Shown piece by piece: positions 34,834-44,340 of a stretch of DNA of 64,000 bases. Positions within the stretch are counted from its first letter, which is position 1, and each line of letters starts with the position of its first letter. The notes under the pieces were generated by a model. It was not told the DNA's origin. It saw nothing but the letters and a program-made list of their open reading frames with translations, and made no database searches. Source of the stretch: an uncultured Bacteroidales bacterium (GTDB taxonomy: Bacteria > Bacteroidota > Bacteroidia > Bacteroidales > CAIXZF01); NCBI GenBank assembly GCA_964605655.1, contig CAZSDK010000011.1, forward strand, positions 37,972-101,971, in the 5' to 3' direction. Position numbers and translations under genes: made by a program.

Positions 34834-36165
34834 ATGACGTACGAAGAACGACTTCAAAATGTCAGTGTCTTGGGAGCTGCCGGAAAGATGGGCAGCGGAA
34901 TCCTTCTGCTGACCTCTCTCGAAATGGCCGACCTGAGTCTCAAACCCGAGTTCAAAGAAAAGACCTTTGTCCTCAATGCTATTGATGTGTCACACCAGGC
35001 CTTGGCAGGCTTGCTGAAATACATGCAAACACAGGTCTTCAAAGCTGCCGAGAAAAAGATGGTTCAACTAAGGCATTTTTATGCCGATCGTCAGGACCTG
35101 ATCGAGAACGCGCAGATCGTTGATGAATACGTAAAGCATGTGCTCAGCCTGGTCAGGCCTTCCGTCAGGCTTGAGGCTACCTATGATTCCTCCCTGATCT
35201 TCGAAGCCATTAAAGAAGATCCGGAACTCAAAGCAAAAGTTTTATCACAAATTGATCAAAATAACCCTCTCAAACCGTGGTATTTCACCAATACCTCTTC
35301 CATCCCCATCAGTGAGGTTGACCAGAGTTCAGGCCTGGGAGGCCGCATCATCGGTTTTCATTTCTACAACCCGCCTGCTGTTCAAAAACTGGTGGAAGTC
35401 ATCAAAGGGAAAAATACCCTGCCGGAATTGGAATCGTTTGCACTCAAGTATGCGAAGACCATGAGAAAAACAGTGGTCCCTTCTTATGATATTGCAGGTT
35501 TTATCGGGAATGGGCACTTTATGAGAGACCTTCTTTATGGAATGAAGATGGCTGAGAGGCTTTCCAGGGACGTTCCGCTGCATGAAGCGGTCTACATGGT
35601 GAACAAAGTCACTCAGGACCTGCTGGTTCGACCGATGGGAATTTTCCAGCTCATTGATTACGTGGGGCTGGATGTATGCCAGTATATCTTAAGTGTAATG
35701 AACGCCAGGATAGAGGGAGAAGATCTCCATTCTCCCCTGCTGGATGAATATCTTAAAAGAGGGGTGAAAGGCGGTCAGTATGCCGACGGCAGTCAGAAAA
35801 ACGGTATCCTGCAATATGATAAAGGCAAGGTGACCGGTGTCTACTGTCTGGTAAGAGACCGGTATGCCCCTGCTCAGGACTTCTTTGATAGAAACGATGC
35901 CAGACTGGGTGATCTTCCTTCAGGAACCCCGGCATGGAAATCTGCCGTCAGGGTGGCTGATAAAGACCAGTTTTTCGGTAATTACTTTAATACCTTGAGA
36001 AGTACCGATACCATGGGAGCAAAACTCGCCCTGGAATATGCAGATGAATCTGCTCGTATCGCCAACAAACTGGTGACCGATGGTGTGGCTTATAAGGTTG
36101 AAGATGTCAACACCGTTCTGCTGACAGGATTTTTCCATGCCTACGGACCTGTTAATTCCTACTGA
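34834..36165 (+). CDS. 3-hydroxyacyl-CoA dehydrogenase family protein (long form)
   Basis: N-terminal Rossmann VSVLGAAGKMGSG, mid FHFYNPP, and an extended C-terminal dimerisation region (443 aa). Confidence 0.8.
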   Translation: MTYEERLQNVSVLGAAGKMGSGILLLTSLEMADLSLKPEFKEKTFVLNAIDVSHQALAGLLKYMQTQVFKAAEKKMVQLRHFYADRQDLIENAQIVDEYVKHVLSLVRPSVRLEATYDSSLIFEAIKEDPELKAKVLSQIDQNNPLKPWYFTNTSSIPISEVDQSSGLGGRIIGFHFYNPPAVQKLVEVIKGKNTLPELESFALKYAKTMRKTVVPSYDIAGFIGNGHFMRDLLYGMKMAERLSRDVPLHEAVYMVNKVTQDLLVRPMGIFQLIDYVGLDVCQYILSVMNARIEGEDLHSPLLDEYLKRGVKGGQYADGSQKNGILQYDKGKVTGVYCLVRDRYAPAQDFFDRNDARLGDLPSGTPAWKSAVRVADKDQFFGNYFNTLRSTDTMGAKLALEYADESARIANKLVTDGVAYKVEDVNTVLLTGFFHAYGPVNSY

Positions 36166-36209
36166 TAACCAAAGTATTTCTTTGTTTGAAAACATTTTAA
36201 GAAAAGAAA

Positions 36210-37451
36210 ATGAAGTCATTGAGAAAAAAAGTATATCTGGTAGCCGGTTATAACACGGTTTCCATGGGCACCGGCCGTAAGGAGTTCAACCCCAAGAAAG
36301 AACGTCCCGGGCTGGAGCAATATATCAGGGAAGCCGGTCAGGCTACCTTGCAGAAGATTGGTGGTGCCGCCAATGTTGACGAATGTGTCATCGGAAATTT
36401 TATCGCTTCAAGGTTCAACGGACAGGCCAATATGGCGGCATTCTTCCCATTTATTGATGAGGGTCTGCGTTATAAACCCGCTACCAGGGTGGAAGGAGCC
36501 TGTGCCACGGGCAGCCTTGCTGTTTTAGCCGGGATAAAAAGTGTGCTGGCTGAGTCAGCCGATGTGGTACTGGTGATTGGTGTGGAAGTGCAAAATACGG
36601 TAAAAGCCATCTATGGTGCCGATTATCTCGCAGCCGCCGGTTGGGCCAAAGACCGCAAAAACGGCCATGCCTACTTTTTCCCCGGACAGTTCAGCGACCG
36701 GGCCGGTGCCTACTTTGATAAATATGGCAGAGATAAAACCCGCCAGGCTTTTGCCCGCTGGTTCAGAAATGCCGTGGAAAATGCAAGGCTCTGCCCCACC
36801 GCCCAGGAATATCACAACAATGCTCCCGATCTCGAAAAACTGGCCATGACAGAACCTAACGGGAAAGCCTTTGTTGATTTCCTCAACGTGTTTGACTGTT
36901 CAAAAGTGAGCGACGGGGCTTCTGCCATCGCGGTGGTTTCAGAGGAAGGACTGAAAAAGGCTGGCATTCCCCTGTCGGAAGCAGTGGAAGTTGTGTCCTG
37001 GGGCCATGCTGAGGAAGATATTACCAAACCTCCCGTCGACAAAACAGCACTCACCACGTTTAAGGTGGCCGTGGAACAAGCATTGAATATGGCCGGTGTT
37101 TCCATTGACAAGGTAGCAACGGCTGAAGTACACGACTGTTTCACCATTGCCGGTGTTATGGCGGTTGAAGCACTGGGACTTGCTAAACCTGGGGAAGGGC
37201 CGGACTATATTCTTGCCGGCAAAACGGCCAGAGATGGCGAGTTCCCTATCAATACCACGGGCGGACTCATTGGCTGGGGACATCCTACCGGAGGCACCGG
37301 CGTCCACATGACCGTTACATTGTGGGAGCAACTAACCGGTAAAGCCGGTGATAACCAGATCAAAATACCGGCAAATAAACCCTATGGAATCTCTGTGAAT
37401 ATGGGCGGTGATGATAAGACGTTGGTTGCGTTCCTGTTAAAGAGGTCATAG
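36210..37451 (+). CDS. SCP2-type (HDCF-motif) thiolase
   Basis: Nucleophile region GACATGSLA. VHDCFT (the HDCF loop of SCP2-thiolases). GWGHPTGGTG. The usual C-terminal CxGG is replaced by NMGG. Confidence 0.8.
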   Translation: MKSLRKKVYLVAGYNTVSMGTGRKEFNPKKERPGLEQYIREAGQATLQKIGGAANVDECVIGNFIASRFNGQANMAAFFPFIDEGLRYKPATRVEGACATGSLAVLAGIKSVLAESADVVLVIGVEVQNTVKAIYGADYLAAAGWAKDRKNGHAYFFPGQFSDRAGAYFDKYGRDKTRQAFARWFRNAVENARLCPTAQEYHNNAPDLEKLAMTEPNGKAFVDFLNVFDCSKVSDGASAIAVVSEEGLKKAGIPLSEAVEVVSWGHAEEDITKPPVDKTALTTFKVAVEQALNMAGVSIDKVATAEVHDCFTIAGVMAVEALGLAKPGEGPDYILAGKTARDGEFPINTTGGLIGWGHPTGGTGVHMTVTLWEQLTGKAGDNQIKIPANKPYGISVNMGGDDKTLVAFLLKRS

Positions 37452-37454
37452 TCC

Positions 37455-38429
37455 ATGGACTATGGTCATAAAATAAGGTATCTCATGAACCCCATCTCTG
37501 CACTTTTCGACATTCAATTACCCATCATCCAGGGTGGTATGATATGGTGCAGCGGTTGGAAACTGGCTTCTGCCGTTTCCAATGCCGGCGGTCTTGGTCT
37601 TATCGGCGCCGGAAGCATGTACCCGGAAACTCTGGAAGAACACATCGTCAAATGCAGAGAAGCGACCGACAAACCATTCGGAGTCAATATACCCCTGATT
37701 TACCCCGATGTTGGGAATATTCTCAAGATCCTGGTCCGTCAAAAAGTGAAAATAGTATTCACTTCAGCCGGCAATCCTACAAAATATACCACCTTTCTTA
37801 AAGATAACGGAATGAAGGTGGCCCACGTTGTTGCCAATACCAGGTCAGCCAGGAAATGTGAGGAAGCAGGAGTGGATGCCATCGTTGCCGAAGGTTTTGA
37901 GGCGGGTGGACATAACGGAAAGGAAGAGACGACCACCCTGGTGCTGTTACCGATGATCAAATCGGTGACCACCCTTCCGGTCATTGCCGCCGGTGGCATT
38001 GCAAGCGGCCGGGCTATCCTGGCTGCCATGGCACTGGGGGCGGATGGCGTCCAGATCGGTTCCCTGTTCGCCTCCTCCAGAGAATCTTCAGCACATGACC
38101 TTTTTAAACGGAAAATCATTGAGGCTGGCGAAGGAGATACCATGCTGATGCTGAAAAAATTAATCCCTGTCAGACTGCTCCGGAACCCTTTTTCAGATCA
38201 GGTGCAACATCTTGAATCACAAGGAGCCACGGCAGAACAACTGAGTGAGCTTCTTGGAAGGGCAAGAGCAAAGAAGGGAATGTTCGAAGGGGACCTGGTG
38301 GAAGGAGAACTGGAGATTGGTCAGGTGGCTGCCACCATCAAGGAAGTCAGATCGATCGATGAAATCATGAGGGATCTGATGGAGGAGTTTAATAGAGCAA
38401 AACAGGAGTTGAATACGAAGGCGGGATAA
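37455..38429 (+). CDS. NAD(P)H-dependent flavin oxidoreductase, nitronate monooxygenase / FabK-like enoyl reductase family
   Basis: LPIIQGGMIWCSGWKLASAVSNAGGLGLIGAG, VIAAGGIASG, GADGVQIGS. Alternative start at ATG 37485 (MNPISALF). Confidence 0.8.
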   Translation: MDYGHKIRYLMNPISALFDIQLPIIQGGMIWCSGWKLASAVSNAGGLGLIGAGSMYPETLEEHIVKCREATDKPFGVNIPLIYPDVGNILKILVRQKVKIVFTSAGNPTKYTTFLKDNGMKVAHVVANTRSARKCEEAGVDAIVAEGFEAGGHNGKEETTTLVLLPMIKSVTTLPVIAAGGIASGRAILAAMALGADGVQIGSLFASSRESSAHDLFKRKIIEAGEGDTMLMLKKLIPVRLLRNPFSDQVQHLESQGATAEQLSELLGRARAKKGMFEGDLVEGELEIGQVAATIKEVRSIDEIMRDLMEEFNRAKQELNTKAG

Positions 38430-38530
38430 AGGGATGCGGGATAAACGGGATAATTCATTTGGAATGTCACTCCACCCCCGAGTGAGGGGGGCCGGGGGGG
38501 TAATTATCGGGATGCGGGATGACGGGATCA
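38420..38530 (+). repeat. two clusters of (N)CGGGAT units (reverse complement of the ATCCCGT heptamer) flanking a GC-rich hairpin with G6/G7 tracts
   Basis: CGGGAT at 38422, 38437, 38446 (ACGGGAT from 38445), 38508, 38515 and 38523 (ACGGGAT from 38522), plus degenerate AGGGAT at 38430. Hairpin TCACTC (38467-72) / GAGTGA (38480-85). G6 at 38486-91 and G7 at 38494-500. Confidence 0.9.
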
Positions 38531-38608
38531 TGGTAATAGCTGTTACTGAAAGAAGTAATTGTTTATTATTTTGGAATCTTACATACATTAATCTTAATAT
38601 TCAACATC

Positions 38609-39751
38609 ATGGAATTTAATTTCACCGAAGAACAAATTATGATTCAGCAGGCTGCCAGGGACTATGCCCAGAGGGAGCTCATCAAAGACGTCCTGGAACG
38701 GGATGCTAAAGCCGAATTCCCTGCTCATCATGTGAAAGCATTGGCTGAGCTCGGCTTTTTGGGTATGCTGGTCGACGTTAAATACGATGGTGGTGGCATG
38801 GATACCATATCTTATGTACTTGCCATGGAAGAAATATCAAAAATAGATTCTTCTGTTTCAGTAATCATGTCGGTGAATAACTCCCTGGTTTGTTATGGTA
38901 TAGAGACCTATGGTTCTGAGGAGCAAAAAGAAAAGTGGCTTAGACCACTGGCCAGGGGAGAAAAGATCGGGGCTTTCCTGCTTTCAGAGCCAGAGGCAGG
39001 TTCCGACGCTACCTCTCAAAGAACTACCGCCGTGGATGTGGGTGATCACTATGTCCTGAACGGCACTAAAAACTGGATTACCAATGCCAACTCTGCATCA
39101 ACATATCTGGTTATGGCTCAGACACATCCTGAAAAAGGTCATAAAGGAATAAACGTCCTCATCGTCGATCGCCATTCCCCTGGCATCAGTCTTGGACCAC
39201 ATGAGGATAAAATGGGAATGAGAAGTTCTGACACTCATTCAGTGATGTTTACGGATGTCGTGGTCCCCAAAGAGAACCGTATCGGGGAAGATGGCTTTGG
39301 TTTTAAATTTGCCATGAAGACCCTGGAGGGTGGACGTATCGGCATCGCGGCACAAGCCTTGGGGATCGCTCAGGGTGCCTACGAGAGGGCCGTGCAGTAT
39401 GCAAAAGAAAGAAAAGCCTTTGGCACACAGATCATTAACCATCAGAGCGTTGGTTTCAAGCTGGCTGAAATGCATACCCGCATCGAGGCAGCTCGGTACT
39501 TCTGCATCAAAGCTGCCTGGTTAAAGGACCAGCATCTCCCCTATGGAACAGAAAGTGCCATGGCAAAATACTGGGCAGCAGAAACAGCGATGTACGTTAC
39601 TACAGAAGCAGTCCAGATACACGGCGGATATGGCTATGTACGTGAATATCACGTCGAACGTCTGATGCGTGAAGCCAAACTAACCCAGATCTACGAGGGA
39701 ACCAGCGAAATCCAGAAGATCATTATCTCCAGGGCGATCATGGCCGATTAA
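38609..39751 (+). CDS. acyl-CoA dehydrogenase (short/branched-chain type)
   Basis: 380 aa with GAFLLSEPEAGSD, WITNA and the C-terminal YEGTSEIQ catalytic-Glu motif. Confidence 0.9.
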   Translation: MEFNFTEEQIMIQQAARDYAQRELIKDVLERDAKAEFPAHHVKALAELGFLGMLVDVKYDGGGMDTISYVLAMEEISKIDSSVSVIMSVNNSLVCYGIETYGSEEQKEKWLRPLARGEKIGAFLLSEPEAGSDATSQRTTAVDVGDHYVLNGTKNWITNANSASTYLVMAQTHPEKGHKGINVLIVDRHSPGISLGPHEDKMGMRSSDTHSVMFTDVVVPKENRIGEDGFGFKFAMKTLEGGRIGIAAQALGIAQGAYERAVQYAKERKAFGTQIINHQSVGFKLAEMHTRIEAARYFCIKAAWLKDQHLPYGTESAMAKYWAAETAMYVTTEAVQIHGGYGYVREYHVERLMREAKLTQIYEGTSEIQKIIISRAIMAD

Positions 39752-39772
39752 TTTGTTTTCTAACCTATTATT

Positions 39773-42700
39773 TTGAAGAAGTTGCAGGAACAGGAGGGAT
39801 ATAAACCAAAGAATCACGTCCGCATCGTTACCGCTGCATCTCTGTTCGATGGTCACGATGCAGCCATCAATATCATGCGAAGGATATTGCAGTCAACGGG
39901 AGTTGAGGTCATTCACCTCGGACATGACCGGTCGGTCAGAGAAATCGTTGATTGTGCCATACAGGAAGATGCCCAGGCTATTGCCATTACTTCCTACCAG
40001 GGAGGTCACATGGAATTCTTCAAGTACATGTATGACCTGCTGCATGAGAACCACTGCGGACATATAAAAATTTTCGGTGGCGGAGGTGGTGTGATCCTTC
40101 CGCAGGAAGTGGAGGAATTGCACGCCTATGGCATCACCCGTATTTATTCACCCGATAACGGACGAGAACTGGGACTCCAGGGCATGATCAACGAGGTAGT
40201 GCATCTTTCCGATTTTCCGACCGTTACCCCTGACCGCTTCAAACCCGACAAGCAACTGACAACCAGCGAACTGGCAAAATTTATCACGCTCTTTGAAAAT
40301 TTTCCGGAAGAAGCAGGACAATGGCTTTCTGAAATTCCTGCTAACCATGACAAGAACATACCTGTTTTAGGGATCACCGGAACTGGAGGTTCCGGAAAGT
40401 CCTCGCTGGTGGATGAAATAGTGAGACGATACCTGGATGATTTTAAGGATAACACCCTGGCAATCATCTCAGTGGACCCGACAAAGAGGAAAACCGGGGG
40501 TGCGCTGCTCGGTGACAGGATAAGGATGAACGCTATCAACGACACCCGGGTGTATATGCGGTCGCTGGCTACCCGGCAATCGCACCATTCGCTGTCAAAA
40601 CATGTCAAAGATGCCACTCAAATTCTGAAAAAGGCAGGATTTGACCTGATCCTTATCGAATCCTCGGGTATCGGGCAGTCGGACTCTGAGATCGTGGACC
40701 ACTGCGACCTCTCGCTTTATGTGATGACACCCGAATATGGAGCAGCCAGCCAATTGGAAAAGATTGATATGCTTGACTTTGCCAACCTGGTGGCCATCAA
40801 CAAATTTGATAAGACAGGAGCCCTGGATGCACTGAGGGACGTAAAAAAACAATACCAGCGCAACCATAAATTATTTGATCACGACCTGGATGCCATGCCT
40901 GTGTTCGGAACCGTGGCCTCCCAGTTCAACGACCCCGGAGTCAACATCCTTTACAGGGCACTCATCACCAAAATTGCGGAGATCGGCGGTACAAGGTTCC
41001 ATTCACACTATCAGACCGGCGAAGAACCCAAAGAAAAGATCTATATCATTCCACCTGCCAAAACGAGATATCTGGCTGAGATAGCAGGAGAGGTCAGAAA
41101 CTACAACCAGAAAGTCGTCGAACAATCGGAAATTGCACAGAAACTCTTCGGGATAAAAAAGACCATTGAGACCATAAAAAATTTTCCCAAACCGAAAGGA
41201 TCATACCATACTTCGGTACAGGTGAGTGATCCGGGAAGCATCCCACAGCTGGAACGCCTGTATGAAGAAACAAATCTGCTTTTATATCCTGAAAACCAGG
41301 AAATTATCCGTAAATGGGATGATAAAGTCAAGGCTTACAAAGAAGAAGTTTTCACCTATAAGGTGAGAAACAAGGAAATCTGCATAGAGACCCACACCGA
41401 GTCTTTGTCCCATCTAAAGATTCCCAAAATAGCCCTGCCCTCCTTCACTGCCTGGGGAGACATCCTGCGTTGGAACCTAAAGGAAAATGTTCCGGGTGAA
41501 TTTCCCTATGCCGCCGGCGTGTTCCCCTTTAAAAGGGAAGCGGAGGACCCGACCCGTATGTTTGCCGGTGAAGGCGGACCGGAAAGGACCAATAAAAGGT
41601 TTCATTACCTTTCAAGGGGAATGCCCGCCATCAGGCTTTCCACTGCCTTCGACAGTGTCACCCTTTATGGACATGATCCGGATATCCGGCCGGATATCTA
41701 TGGTAAAATTGGTAACTCGGGAGTTTCCATCGCCTGCCTCGACGATGCAAAGAAACTGTATTCAGGCATCGACCTGCTCGATCCTAAAACCTCGGTGTCC
41801 ATGACCATCAACGGCCCGGCGCCTGCCATGGTGGGGTATTTTATGAATACCGCCATCGACCAGCAGTGTGAAAAATATATTGTAGCAAATGGCCTGACCG
41901 AATGGGCGGAAAAGAAAATTGAGGAGATATACCGAAAAAAAGGAGTCGTTCGACCATCCTACCAGGGCGATCTTCCCGAAGGGAATAACGGACTTGGTTT
42001 GATACTCCTCGGTATCACCGGTGATCAGCTTCTGGAACGCGAAGTTTATGAAAGGATAAAACGTGACACCCTAAGCCAGGTAAGAGGCACGGTGCAGGCA
42101 GATATTCTGAAAGAAGACCAGGCCCAGAACACCTGTATTTTTTCTACTGATTTTGCCCTTAAACTGATGGGCGACATTCAGCAGTATTTTATCGATCAGA
42201 AAGTCCGTAACTTCTATTCAGTCAGCATCTCAGGATATCACATCGCAGAAGCCGGTGCTAATCCCATCACCCAGCTGGCTTTCACCCTTGCCAACGGCTT
42301 TACTTACGTAGAATATTATGTATCAAGGGGGATGGATGTCGACGACTTCGCCCCCAACCTGTCCTTTTTCTTCTCCAACGGCATCGACCCGGAGTATTCC
42401 GTTATGGGAAGAGTGGCCAGGCTGATCTGGGCAAAGGCCATGAAATATCGTTATCATGCCAACGCCCGTTCACAGATGCTTAAATATCACATCCAGACCT
42501 CAGGCCGGTCGCTTCATGCCCAGGAAATTGATTTTAACGATATCCGTACCACACTCCAGGCCCTTTACGCCATATATGATAACTGTAACTCCCTTCATAC
42601 CAATGCCTATGATGAGGCGATCACCACTCCTACCGAGGAATCAGTAAGAAGGGCCATGGCCATTCAGCTCATCATCAACCATGAGCTGGGCCTGGCAAAG

Positions 42701-43183
42701 AACCAGAACCCGCTTCAGGGATCCTTTATCATTGAAGAACTTACCGACCTGGTGGAAGAGGCCGTGCTCTCGGAGTTTGAGAGAATATCAGACAGAGGCG
42801 GGGTGCTCGGAGCCATGGAGACCATGTACCAGCGAGGCAGGATCCAGGAAGAGTCCCTGTACTATGAGACGCTGAAACATACCGGGAAATTGCCGATCAT
42901 GGGAGTCAACACCTTCTTGTCCAGCAAGGGGTCTCAGACTGTTATCCCCCAGGAAGTCATCAGGGCAACGCCCACCGAGAAAGAATATCAGATCGAAATG
43001 CTCAGGCGACTTCATCAAATGTGGGAGAAAGAATCCTCCGGAAGGATTCGTGAATTGAAACACACCGCCCTGCAAAACAATAATATCTTTGAAAGCCTGA
43101 TGGAAGCCACCAAATGCTGTTCCATCGGACAAATTACCTATGCCTTGTTTGAAGTCGGCGGTCAGTACAGAAGGAACATGTAA
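39773..43183 (+). CDS. icmF: fused isobutyryl-CoA mutase (B12-binding domain + MeaB-like GTPase + mutase barrel)
   Basis: N-terminal B12 domain with [13 protein letters not shown]-domain P-loop [31 protein letters not shown] and NKFD. Mutase domain [30 protein letters not shown] (Phe where MCM has the Tyr of QYAGF). TTG start per the track. Confidence 0.85.
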   Translation: MKKLQEQEGYKPKNHVRIVTAASLFDGHDAAINIMRRILQSTGVEVIHLGHDRSVREIVDCAIQEDAQAIAITSYQGGHMEFFKYMYDLLHENHCGHIKIFGGGGGVILPQEVEELHAYGITRIYSPDNGRELGLQGMINEVVHLSDFPTVTPDRFKPDKQLTTSELAKFITLFENFPEEAGQWLSEIPANHDKNIPVLGITGTGGSGKSSLVDEIVRRYLDDFKDNTLAIISVDPTKRKTGGALLGDRIRMNAINDTRVYMRSLATRQSHHSLSKHVKDATQILKKAGFDLILIESSGIGQSDSEIVDHCDLSLYVMTPEYGAASQLEKIDMLDFANLVAINKFDKTGALDALRDVKKQYQRNHKLFDHDLDAMPVFGTVASQFNDPGVNILYRALITKIAEIGGTRFHSHYQTGEEPKEKIYIIPPAKTRYLAEIAGEVRNYNQKVVEQSEIAQKLFGIKKTIETIKNFPKPKGSYHTSVQVSDPGSIPQLERLYEETNLLLYPENQEIIRKWDDKVKAYKEEVFTYKVRNKEICIETHTESLSHLKIPKIALPSFTAWGDILRWNLKENVPGEFPYAAGVFPFKREAEDPTRMFAGEGGPERTNKRFHYLSRGMPAIRLSTAFDSVTLYGHDPDIRPDIYGKIGNSGVSIACLDDAKKLYSGIDLLDPKTSVSMTINGPAPAMVGYFMNTAIDQQCEKYIVANGLTEWAEKKIEEIYRKKGVVRPSYQGDLPEGNNGLGLILLGITGDQLLEREVYERIKRDTLSQVRGTVQADILKEDQAQNTCIFSTDFALKLMGDIQQYFIDQKVRNFYSVSISGYHIAEAGANPITQLAFTLANGFTYVEYYVSRGMDVDDFAPNLSFFFSNGIDPEYSVMGRVARLIWAKAMKYRYHANARSQMLKYHIQTSGRSLHAQEIDFNDIRTTLQALYAIYDNCNSLHTNAYDEAITTPTEESVRRAMAIQLIINHELGLAKNQNPLQGSFIIEELTDLVEEAVLSEFERISDRGGVLGAMETMYQRGRIQEESLYYETLKHTGKLPIMGVNTFLSSKGSQTVIPQEVIRATPTEKEYQIEMLRRLHQMWEKESSGRIRELKHTALQNNNIFESLMEATKCCSIGQITYALFEVGGQYRRNM

Positions 43184-43219
43184 CAAAAGCATAAAATCAC
43201 CCTTACATAAATCCAACCC

Positions 43220-44299
43220 ATGAACACGTTCAATATCCTGATAGTAAATCCTAAAGACCGTCTTACACAAGTGGCCGTTTACGACAACCACAAATTGCTT
43301 TACCTGATCAACCGAAAACATCCGGGTGAAGATCTTGCCTCGTTTCGTGAACTCGTCGACCAGGTGGACTATAGAAAAGAAATTATTATAAATGAGCTGA
43401 AAAACAATGACTTCGATCTCAGCCAAATAAAAATTGTCATTTCAAGGGGAGGTTTGATCCGTCCGGTTCCGTCGGGGGTCTTTGAGGTCAATGAGGAGAT
43501 GAAGAAAGACCTGGTCAACAGTCCGGTGGGTGAAGATGTCATCAACCTGGGAGGATTGCTGGCTGATGCCATAGCCAAAGAAATCCCCGGAGCAGTGGCA
43601 TTGGTTGCCGACCCGACAGTAGTTGATGAAATGGAGGAGATAGCCAGGATCACAGGTTATCCTGATGTGAAGAGAAAATCGATTTTCCATGCCTTAAGCC
43701 AGAAAGCAGTTGCCAAGCAGCATGCAGAGATGAATTCATTAAAATATGAAGATCTGAATCTCATTGTAGCCCATATTGGGAATGGGACCACCGTAGGAGC
43801 CCATAAAAAGGGCAGAGTGGTTGATGTGAACCAGGGTTTTGACGGCGATGGCCCCTTTTCTTCTATCCGTAGTGGCAGCCTGCCCATGGGGGCAGTGGTG
43901 AGTATGTGCTTTGATCAGAAAATGACCAAAGAACAGGTCCATTGCCTGATCACCCATTGCGGCGGGCTGAATGCACACCTGGGTACGACGAACATCAATG
44001 AAATCGAAAAGCGAATCGACACCAACGACGAAAAGGCTTTACTTATCATGCAGGCCATGGCTTACCAGATATCCAAATATATCGGGGAAATGTTTGCCGT
44101 GCTTTGCGGAGATGTCAATGCCATACTGATCACTGGTGACCAGGCACATAGTACTTTCCTCGTTCACGAGATCCTTCACCGGGTTGAAAAGATGGCTCCT
44201 GTGTATATCTACCCTGGCGACAATGATGTACAGGCCATGGCAGCCAATGCCAACAGAATCTTAAAGGGTGAGATGGAGATCAAGCAGTATCAGCCCTAA
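43220..44299 (+). CDS. butyrate kinase homolog with degenerate ASKHA nucleotide-binding motifs
   Basis: Collinear with Buk: VDPTVVDEMEE, KRKSIFHALSQKAVA, GAHKKGRVVDVNQGFDGDGPF. The canonical motifs are altered: NPGSTSTK to NPKDRLTQ, HASNLG to DVINLG, HMGGG to HIGNG, PERSG to SIRSG, LTGG to ITGD. Confidence 0.8.
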   Translation: MNTFNILIVNPKDRLTQVAVYDNHKLLYLINRKHPGEDLASFRELVDQVDYRKEIIINELKNNDFDLSQIKIVISRGGLIRPVPSGVFEVNEEMKKDLVNSPVGEDVINLGGLLADAIAKEIPGAVALVADPTVVDEMEEIARITGYPDVKRKSIFHALSQKAVAKQHAEMNSLKYEDLNLIVAHIGNGTTVGAHKKGRVVDVNQGFDGDGPFSSIRSGSLPMGAVVSMCFDQKMTKEQVHCLITHCGGLNAHLGTTNINEIEKRIDTNDEKALLIMQAMAYQISKYIGEMFAVLCGDVNAILITGDQAHSTFLVHEILHRVEKMAPVYIYPGDNDVQAMAANANRILKGEMEIKQYQP

Positions 44300-44340
44300 C
44301 CTATTCAGGATAAGCATCAACCCTTCTATTCATTGCATTT

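Noticed and set aside
38434-38619. 61-aa plus-strand ORF (MRDKRDNSFGM...GMRDDG...).
   Set aside because: The peptide repeats simply translate the CGGGAT repeat clusters and the G-rich hairpin. It has no promoter box and overlaps the start of the acyl-CoA dehydrogenase gene.
42788-43426. 212-aa minus-strand ORF bridging the icmF 3' end and the buk-like 5' end.
   Set aside because: Antisense to two well-supported genes. No recognisable motifs.
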